From: Verrucomicrobiota bacterium
GTDB lineage: Bacteria > Verrucomicrobiota > Verrucomicrobiia > Opitutales > Cerasicoccaceae
Assembly (NCBI GenBank): GCA_039818205.1
Contig: JBCBUK010000004.1
Location: 245,405 to 309,404 of the forward strand
Reading direction: 5' to 3'
DNA: 64,000 nucleotides
Every line of letters begins with the position of its first letter. The stretch's first letter is position 1. Below, one piece after another: positions 57,806-64,000 of the stretch. The notes beneath the pieces were generated by a model. The model was not told where the DNA came from. It did no database searches and saw only the letters and a program-made list of their open reading frames with translations. The translations under genes were made by a program, and so were the position numbers.

Positions 57806-57834
57806 GTAAGAAATTAGAGGGCCGATGTGTCTAA
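57806..57834 (+). promoter_or_regulatory. Putative ECF-type promoter
   Basis: GTAAGAA-N16-GTCTAA, divergent from the sigma gene and upstream of ORF 57884. Confidence 0.4.
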
Positions 57835-57883
57835 GTTCATGTGCGGATGATAAGCTCCCGCTTAATCCAAACCAACAACCATC

Positions 57884-58162
57884 ATGAAACACTTCACAAA
57901 CTTGTGCGTATTGATCATTGCGTTAGCCGCTCCTCTATTGGGCGCTAAGGTCAAAGCGGAGATTGGCGTTGTTCCGTACTATCTCGCTGATCAACACGAA
58001 TCGGTTACGGCGAATGTCGCTAACTTTCGTGATTACTTGCCCGGAGTTTTCCCGTTGCCGCATCCATCGCCTTTGAATCGTGGCTGGTTCAAGAGGAATG
58101 CCTGGTTCGATGAAGAGGTCTTAGCTGAGTTGCGCAATGAGGTTGCAAACGCACTTAGTTAG
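57884..58162 (+). pseudogene. Chimeric ORF: signal peptide fused to the C-terminal fragment of a uracil-DNA glycosylase-like protein
   Basis: YYL...FPLPHPSPLN..W.KRN.WF.EEV...LR..V matches the C-terminus of UDG-like proteins as I recall it; the N-terminal catalytic motif is absent and replaced by a signal-like segment. Confidence 0.65.
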
Positions 58163-58211
58163 CAGGTCAATCACAGGTTAATCATGCTTGTATTCGGCGC
58201 GATTTGCACGC

Positions 58212-59708
58212 TCAAATCGTTGGCAAAAACTGTGGGTCTCTGCGTGCTTGTCTTGCTTGTTCAAACGCAAAGGCGTAGGCCAAAAGCTTTGGCTCAGTAA
58301 ACGCGGTTGAGTAGAACGAAAGGCCAACGGGAAGCTCATGGACAAACCCAGCGGGCACTGTGATGTGTGGATATCCGGCGACGGCAGGGGGCGTCGAGCA
58401 CCCGAACGGTTTTAAATTGTCGCCAACAAGTGGGTCGATGGCAAAGGGCGGGGTGCCTTCGGTTGGCGCGATAATGGCATCGAGTTGATGATCCTTGAGC
58501 GCTTTATCGATCCCGTCTGTTCGACCCAGTCTCCGTAGCTCTTGAATGACCTCCTGACAACGAGGCGAATCCCAGCTCTCTTTGCTCGCGGCTAACTCAA
58601 AGAACTCTTGCTGGAAGTAAGGCATTACCGTGTCAGCATGCTCACGATTGAACGCAATTAACTCGTTTAGATTGCGGACACCTGCATTCGGGTGGGTTGC
58701 CAGGTAGTGGTCGATGTTTTCTTTGACACCGTAGAGGAAGAGCTCGAGCTCCAGCTCACCAAAGAAAGGCAGGCTGCTGGATTGAATTGGGTCAACGATA
58801 GTGGCGCCGAGTCGCTTCAGCGTTTCGATGGCTTCATCCAAAACTTTGAGCGTGCCCTCGTGGCTGCCGCAACACTCGCGGGCGACGCCTAAGCGAACAC
58901 CTTGTAGTGCGTCGCAATCCAGGAACTCGCAATAGTCTGTTGTGGTAAAGTCGGCACCGCGCTCGGTGGACGGATCGTTGGGATCAACACCAACTAGCGC
59001 ACCCAAGATGGTCGCAACGTCTTGGACGGAGCGCGCCATCGGTCCCACGGTATCTTGAGGTTCGGCGACGCCGATTACACCTTGCCGACTGATCAAACCA
59101 ACCGTTGGTTTGAGGCCGACGATACCGTTGCTTGAAGCCGGTCGAACGATGGAGCCGTCGACTTCCGCTCCAAGTGAAAACGAGCAGAGGTTGGCGGCTA
59201 CTGCGACTCCCGAACCCGAGCTGGAACCGAGGGGGTTGCGGTTCAGGACATAAGGGTTCTTGGTCTGCCCACCGCGACTACTCCAACCGCTGCATGCGCG
59301 GGTGGAGCGCATATAACCCCATTCACTCATGTTGGTTTTTCCGAGTAACACCGCCCCAGCTTGTCGGAGTTGTTGCACACAGAAGGCATCGCTGGGTGCG
59401 CGGTTCTTCAGCAATGCCATGGATCCGCCGGTGGTTACCATACGGTCTCCGGTGTCGATGCTGTCTTTGACGAGGAAGGGGATGCCGTGGAGAGGCCCAC
59501 GCGGCCCGTGAGTCGATCTTTCTTGATCAAGTGATACCGCGATATCCAATGCGTCCGGATTTACCTCGACCACCGAGCGAAGCGTTGGACCGCTGGCGTC
59601 AATGGCAGCAATCTGATCCAGGTAATTTTGACAGAGTGAGCGAGCGGTGTCTTCACTTCGCTCCAATCGTTCTTGTAGCTGGGAGATCGATAAGCTGGGT
59701 AGCATCAT
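58212..59708 (-). CDS. Amidase-signature family amidase
   Basis: GPLHGIP..VKD (Lys), GKTNMSEW, GSSSGS, DGSI..PA; Ser-cisSer-Lys triad present. Confidence 0.93.
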   Translation of the reverse strand: MMLPSLSISQLQERLERSEDTARSLCQNYLDQIAAIDASGPTLRSVVEVNPDALDIAVSLDQERSTHGPRGPLHGIPFLVKDSIDTGDRMVTTGGSMALLKNRAPSDAFCVQQLRQAGAVLLGKTNMSEWGYMRSTRACSGWSSRGGQTKNPYVLNRNPLGSSSGSGVAVAANLCSFSLGAEVDGSIVRPASSNGIVGLKPTVGLISRQGVIGVAEPQDTVGPMARSVQDVATILGALVGVDPNDPSTERGADFTTTDYCEFLDCDALQGVRLGVARECCGSHEGTLKVLDEAIETLKRLGATIVDPIQSSSLPFFGELELELFLYGVKENIDHYLATHPNAGVRNLNELIAFNREHADTVMPYFQQEFFELAASKESWDSPRCQEVIQELRRLGRTDGIDKALKDHQLDAIIAPTEGTPPFAIDPLVGDNLKPFGCSTPPAVAGYPHITVPAGFVHELPVGLSFYSTAFTEPKLLAYAFAFEQARQARRDPQFLPTI

Positions 59709-59832
59709 GGTATCTGTGCAAAACGCTGCCAGTTTACGACTGGCCGATCAACTGGATAGTGTGCCGTTTTTCATCAGCGAAGCGCGATCTCTGGTGGCTC
59801 AATGGCCAACATCACGGAGTACTCTATCTCGG

Positions 59833-60591
59833 CTATCGAGGTAACCCGAAGGTTGTGTAGAGTTTAGATTCTTCGGTGAAGTTTGAGTTGTAGCCTGTCA
59901 GTTTGCGGGCATTCAGCACGCGATCAGGAAAGTTTTCCCAAGATGATTTCGATCCCTTGGCCATGACGATTTCACCCGCACGATTTCGAACCACAATCAG
60001 GTATCCGCCGTACTCGAATCCACCGTAATCGGGGTCGTATCGGCATTCAAATTTCATTCCCTGCCATCGTGTTTTTGAACGCGGCTCAGCCTTGAGCTGA
60101 AAATCTTGTGAGCTTAGTATGGCAAACTGCTTCTTGTTGATGACGCCTTTGCCTATCACCACAAGCGTTCCTTTGACATCCGGGTAGGTGATCTCCAGTT
60201 CGTCACTCGTGATTACTACCTCGGGGTCAAACTTAACGATACGGTCATCGATGTCATCGTAGTCGTTGAGCGCTTCATCTTTTCCTCGAAGAAAGTTGAT
60301 GCTGATATCGGCGTCCGAATGCATATCGGCATTGTCGAATTTTGCCTTCTCCTTCTTTACCCATTCTCGGATATATTTCTGATCTGAGATCGAAAACTGA
60401 TCGTAATCGAGATCCTTATAGACACGACCGTCGCGCAAGCGGATACTTAGCTTGGAGGCATCGGCAGCTACGATCTCGGCTTCAATTTCAGCGCCATTGG
60501 GATTGGTAAATGTCCGATACTCGGCATTTGCGGGTAGGAGGGACGCCACCAGAATGGAGAGGGCGAAAGCAACTGTTTTAACCGAAGTCAT
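59833..60591 (-). CDS. Secreted protein with N-terminal SHD1-like domain
   Basis: Signal peptide ending ANA; RTFT...G..IEA....., FS..DQKYI.EW. Confidence 0.75.
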   Translation of the reverse strand: MTSVKTVAFALSILVASLLPANAEYRTFTNPNGAEIEAEIVAADASKLSIRLRDGRVYKDLDYDQFSISDQKYIREWVKKEKAKFDNADMHSDADISINFLRGKDEALNDYDDIDDRIVKFDPEVVITSDELEITYPDVKGTLVVIGKGVINKKQFAILSSQDFQLKAEPRSKTRWQGMKFECRYDPDYGGFEYGGYLIVVRNRAGEIVMAKGSKSSWENFPDRVLNARKLTGYNSNFTEESKLYTTFGLPR

Positions 60592-60706
60592 AAACGAATT
60601 TGGTTTGAGATTACTGAAGGAATCGTATCCAATCAATGCTCAAATCGACTGGCCTCTCCGGACCTGCCATCGACCTACCTGATTGTAAATCAATGGCTTA
60701 TCGCGA

Positions 60707-62623
60707 TCAATCGACGGCGGTGATGCTAACCCGGTAAAGTTCTCGGTCCTTCGAACGACCTTCAAACGAGATCAGGATGCTTTGGGTGTTGCCATCTCCG
60801 AGAATGGGATCACCCAAGTCTTCCCAGACTTGCAGGTCCTCCGAATATTGGACCTGGTAGCGGAAGCCAACCATGGTTGAGAACCGAAACTCAACCGCTG
60901 TCATGACATCCACATCCACGGGCAGGCTTCCTGCGTCAAGTGGGTCCGAACCAAAAATAACTTCGACCTCGTCATCGAAGAGGTCGCCGTCGGTGTCGGA
61001 GGAAACTGGGCTGGTTCCGAGCCGTTGTTCCTCGATCTCGCTCAAGCCGTCGTTGTCGAAATCATCTGTTGGGCTAACGTGGTCAAAGTTGGTAATCGCA
61101 TCATCAGATAGGTGGTTGATGATCGTGGCTTCAAAGTTATCGGTTAGTTCGTCCATGTCAGAGTCGAAGGTCTGAGCTGGAATCATTGGCATACAGTAAT
61201 CGGTTTTGGTTTGGTAAGTCTGCGGATACTCCCAGACGCTGTAGGTGGACGGATCGAATTGGTTTGAGGGGACGCGGCGCTCGGATTGGCCGGCGGTGGC
61301 TATGCCCCAAAAATTCTCGGTTCCATCGGTCGGGTTGCTAAGATCTTTCCAGGGTTCGTCAAAGGGCTCAAAGAAGAAACTGAGAACTTGTTCTTTAGCG
61401 ATGGCGCTTAGGATGCCTTCGTAGTCGGGCAATGAGCTACCGCAGTAATAGTAGCCGGCGTTTTTATTGTCGAAAATGCTATTGGGATCGCTTGCTTTGG
61501 TGGCTGACGGATACCCATGTTCGCCGACTACAACGATGAGTGAATTTTGCATCGTGCCCGCAAGCCAGGTTTTAAATGCCTGGATGTTGCTGATAACATT
61601 GTCTCCAACCGACTTTGCCGGATTGGTTGTGCTGAGGCCAGTCGGGCTTGCTTGATTGGTTCCCGAGACGTTGGTAAACGGAAGACCATAGGTGTTGAAG
61701 AAGATGTAGGTATCAATCAAGTGCAACACCTCGGTTTGCATCGCTTGCCAATTGCCAAGACTATTCGTGCTCGTAGTAATCGGCAAACTGTCGAGGCCAT
61801 AAGCGCTTCTCCGAGACTTCGCGAATTTCACCATGTCCTTGACTTGAGATACCGTTAAACCGCCTGTCGATAACACTTCGTTGCCGACAATGAGGGCTTT
61901 CACGTAGTCCCGATTACTCCCGGAAAGTGTCGTTATCGAGTAGCTCCCGGAGCTGCTCGTTGGTTGAGCGAACTGGAGGCGATCGTTGGCGATGCTGGCC
62001 AAGGCCAACTCAATATCCCAGTGGGCATCGCTGTAGCCGGTGGTGGTCACCGTGACTGTTTTAGTCTGACCGCCGCTGAGGTATTTGATGTCCACCGTGG
62101 CTGGCATATTGCTCGGGGAGGTACTGATGGTCCCGCTGGTTACGTTGGCCGTGGCGAAAACATCAATGCCGCGGGCGGCTGCCATGGGTATGATCCACTT
62201 GGTGCCCCCAGTGATTGAAGACCAGTTGTCGAACGGATTGTTGAGAGTTGCTAGGGCCGTTGTCGCCGCGCTCGTCGTTGGCCCCTCGTTGATGGTATTG
62301 TGGCCATCGATAAATTGCATCAAGCCGCTATTGTAATCGCTGATCGATGACCAAACGGCGTGGGCGTAGGTTTTCACCTTGTTGACCCCTTGCGATTCTA
62401 TGTAGGCGAGCTCTCCGTCAATATCGCCCAAAGTGTATTCGCCGAATAGCTTGATGGCATTGGATTGGCCGGAGGGAGTTGTCGGATATTCGACCGGGAA
62501 GGCGCCAAAGGCCGCGCCATTGTATTCCTGCAGTTCAGCCGGGGTTGGGTCGAGCGCTGAGGCCGAAAGGGGCCCGAGGCACGATAGGGAAATCGATAGA
62601 AATCGCTTAATGGTTAGGTTCAT
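60707..62623 (-). CDS. Secreted GH17-like glycoside hydrolase with DxDxDG repeats and C-terminal module
   Basis: Signal peptide; IVGNEV (acid/base), VGEHGYPS (nucleophile), FFEPFDEPWK, ENFWGI; then DFDNDG/DTDGD repeats. Confidence 0.82.
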   Translation of the reverse strand: MNLTIKRFLSISLSCLGPLSASALDPTPAELQEYNGAAFGAFPVEYPTTPSGQSNAIKLFGEYTLGDIDGELAYIESQGVNKVKTYAHAVWSSISDYNSGLMQFIDGHNTINEGPTTSAATTALATLNNPFDNWSSITGGTKWIIPMAAARGIDVFATANVTSGTISTSPSNMPATVDIKYLSGGQTKTVTVTTTGYSDAHWDIELALASIANDRLQFAQPTSSSGSYSITTLSGSNRDYVKALIVGNEVLSTGGLTVSQVKDMVKFAKSRRSAYGLDSLPITTSTNSLGNWQAMQTEVLHLIDTYIFFNTYGLPFTNVSGTNQASPTGLSTTNPAKSVGDNVISNIQAFKTWLAGTMQNSLIVVVGEHGYPSATKASDPNSIFDNKNAGYYYCGSSLPDYEGILSAIAKEQVLSFFFEPFDEPWKDLSNPTDGTENFWGIATAGQSERRVPSNQFDPSTYSVWEYPQTYQTKTDYCMPMIPAQTFDSDMDELTDNFEATIINHLSDDAITNFDHVSPTDDFDNDGLSEIEEQRLGTSPVSSDTDGDLFDDEVEVIFGSDPLDAGSLPVDVDVMTAVEFRFSTMVGFRYQVQYSEDLQVWEDLGDPILGDGNTQSILISFEGRSKDRELYRVSITAVD

Positions 62624-62905
62624 CGGTATGTCTAAGAAAAGGGTACCAGCGAAAATATTCCGAGCAATTTAAAAGGCCATGGTTCAGATCCTCGTCCTTA
62701 GGTTCCTGAGCACGTTTGGGCGGTGGGGAGACGACTCATCGAGCGCCTGGAATACCGCCCTGAGGTGAGGTTTGGGACTGCACTTCGAGGAATCGGCGGA
62801 AATTAGTCCGATTTTTGGAATATCCGCGGGAATGGTGCACTCTCAGTTACAGAAGGCTAAAATATCAAACGTATATGAGTAGTAGAGTAAGTAGTAGTAG
62901 CAGAA

Positions 62906-62946
62906 GGGTCGTCTCCGGCTGTTTTCCGGGGGCGGCCCATTTTTTT
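62906..62946 (+). terminator. Rho-independent terminator
   Basis: 13-bp stem GGGTCGTCTCCGG/CCGGGGGCGGCCC with three G-U pairs (so + strand only), 7-nt loop, then A and 7 T. Confidence 0.75.
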
Positions 62947-63040
62947 GGGATCTTCTGAGTCTAGAATTCAGGCTCTTGACTCAGGGCCGCAAGTAGCATT
63001 TACCCCTTAGGTTCTGAACGAATAACAATCTTCTGCTACA

Positions 63041-63718
63041 ATGACGCACCCGGCTGCCACGACCAAAAAAGGGCGAAAGCTATCCTGGCTCACTCGTTAC
63101 CGATTAAATAAACGACTGAAAAAGGATGAGAAACTCAGCGAGAACGATGAATACATCTTCAAAGAGCTGAAACCGGGTGATATCGCCATCGATTGCGGTG
63201 CAAACGTTGGAAAAATTACTGAGCTGATGGCCCAAAGTGGCGCGACGGTTCACGCCTTTGAGCCCGATCCCAACGCGTTTCCGAAGCTCCAGGAGAAGTG
63301 TCAGTCGTGGAACAATGTCACCTTGCACAATGCAGCGGTCGCGGCAGAGCCGGGTTCAATGAAGCTTTTCTATCGTGAGGAGCATCACCAAAATCCGGTC
63401 AAATTTTCGGTCGGTTCGACCCTCCATACCGGCAAAACGGACATTGACCACGGGCTGTATACCGAAGTGGAGGTGTTGTCATTCGCCGACTTTGTGCTGC
63501 AGCTCGACCAGCAAGTGCGCATCCTGAAAATGGATATTGAGGGATCGGAAATTGTCGTCCTGCAGGATCTGTTGAAAAAGGATCTGCTGGACCGATTTGA
63601 CCTCGTCCTGGTTGAAACCCACGAGGAATGGATTCCCGACACAATCCCCCCGCTAAAGGAGATCAAACACGAGGTCCAAGCAAAGGGCTATAAGCACGTG
63701 TTCTTCAACTGGATTTAG
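63041..63718 (+). CDS. FkbM-family methyltransferase
   Basis: IDCGANVG, VHAFEP, LKMDIEGSE, VETHE. Confidence 0.92.
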   Translation: MTHPAATTKKGRKLSWLTRYRLNKRLKKDEKLSENDEYIFKELKPGDIAIDCGANVGKITELMAQSGATVHAFEPDPNAFPKLQEKCQSWNNVTLHNAAVAAEPGSMKLFYREEHHQNPVKFSVGSTLHTGKTDIDHGLYTEVEVLSFADFVLQLDQQVRILKMDIEGSEIVVLQDLLKKDLLDRFDLVLVETHEEWIPDTIPPLKEIKHEVQAKGYKHVFFNWI

Positions 63719-64000
63719 CAATCCGGGAGCGTTTGTCTCGGAAGGTATTGGTAGAAATCTCATTCGTGGTTTGAACGCGTCGCCATATTACCATTTTCAG
63801 AAAGTTATAACTACACGTGAGCGAAATGCGTTAGATTTTGCTGGTATTCGCATGAAGCAGGCTAGGATGAATTGGTATCCGGGGTGATTCAGTGGGCTGG
63901 GGATTTGATCCTATGAATAATGTCTGTGTCAAAATAGTTAATATTCGGGCATTGGTTTGAGTGCTATCCTTTATTTCCCCTACATAAACCCAAGTCAACA

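Noticed and set aside
62742..62809. Resemblance to a glmS ribozyme (AGCGCCTGGA...TCGAG..ATCGGCGG)
   Set aside because: The GACGAGG core and a proper P1 stem are missing on this strand, and no glmS gene follows. A cmsearch with the glmS model would settle it.
62832..62847. 16-nt match (ATGGTGCACTCTCAGT) to pUC/pBR322 backbone sequence as I recall it
   Set aside because: Too short, with non-matching flanks; consistent with chance rather than vector contamination.
63719..64000. AT-rich non-coding tail
   Set aside because: No ORF or structure recognised; probably the upstream region of a gene beyond the window.
1..64000. tRNA, rRNA, CRISPR array, IS or prophage
   Set aside because: By eye I found no cloverleaf/T-loop context, regularly spaced repeats, or transposase, integrase or phage genes. 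tRNAscan-SE, Infernal and a CRISPR finder would confirm.

Overview
About 62 densely packed CDS from a moderately GC-rich bacterial chromosome. Gene content (Verru/Chthon-type pilin cassette, PEP-CTERM protein, few obvious Shine-Dalgarno sites, A/C-rich 5' UTRs) suggests Verrucomicrobiota, probably an Opitutales/Puniceicoccales member (inference). Most of the window is housekeeping: tcdA, ilvE, menA, a DinG-family helicase, zwf/opcA/pgl, recD2, moeB, manC, ruvX, truA, accD, nadK, argG. Accessory modules: a five-gene pilin/pseudopilin cassette plus a lone pilin; a sulfotransferase-MBOAT-SGNH glycan-modification trio; two tandem secreted trypsin-family proteases, each with a matching promoter, sitting inside zwf-opcA-pgl; a methyltransferase-flavoprotein-type III PKS cluster; an orphan SMI1/KNR4-like gene; an ECF sigma locus facing a signal-peptide/UDG-fragment chimera; a secreted GH17-like enzyme; and a structured intergenic region with an orphan terminator and a possible antiterminator. 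The most promising leads are a shared C-terminal module on three secreted enzymes (possible lineage-specific sorting signal), an orphan ExbB/TolQ-like channel fused to a large periplasmic domain, and the switch-like RNA at 62718-62946. I saw no rRNA, tRNA, CRISPR array or transposase. All calls are by eye from motifs; no database search was run.
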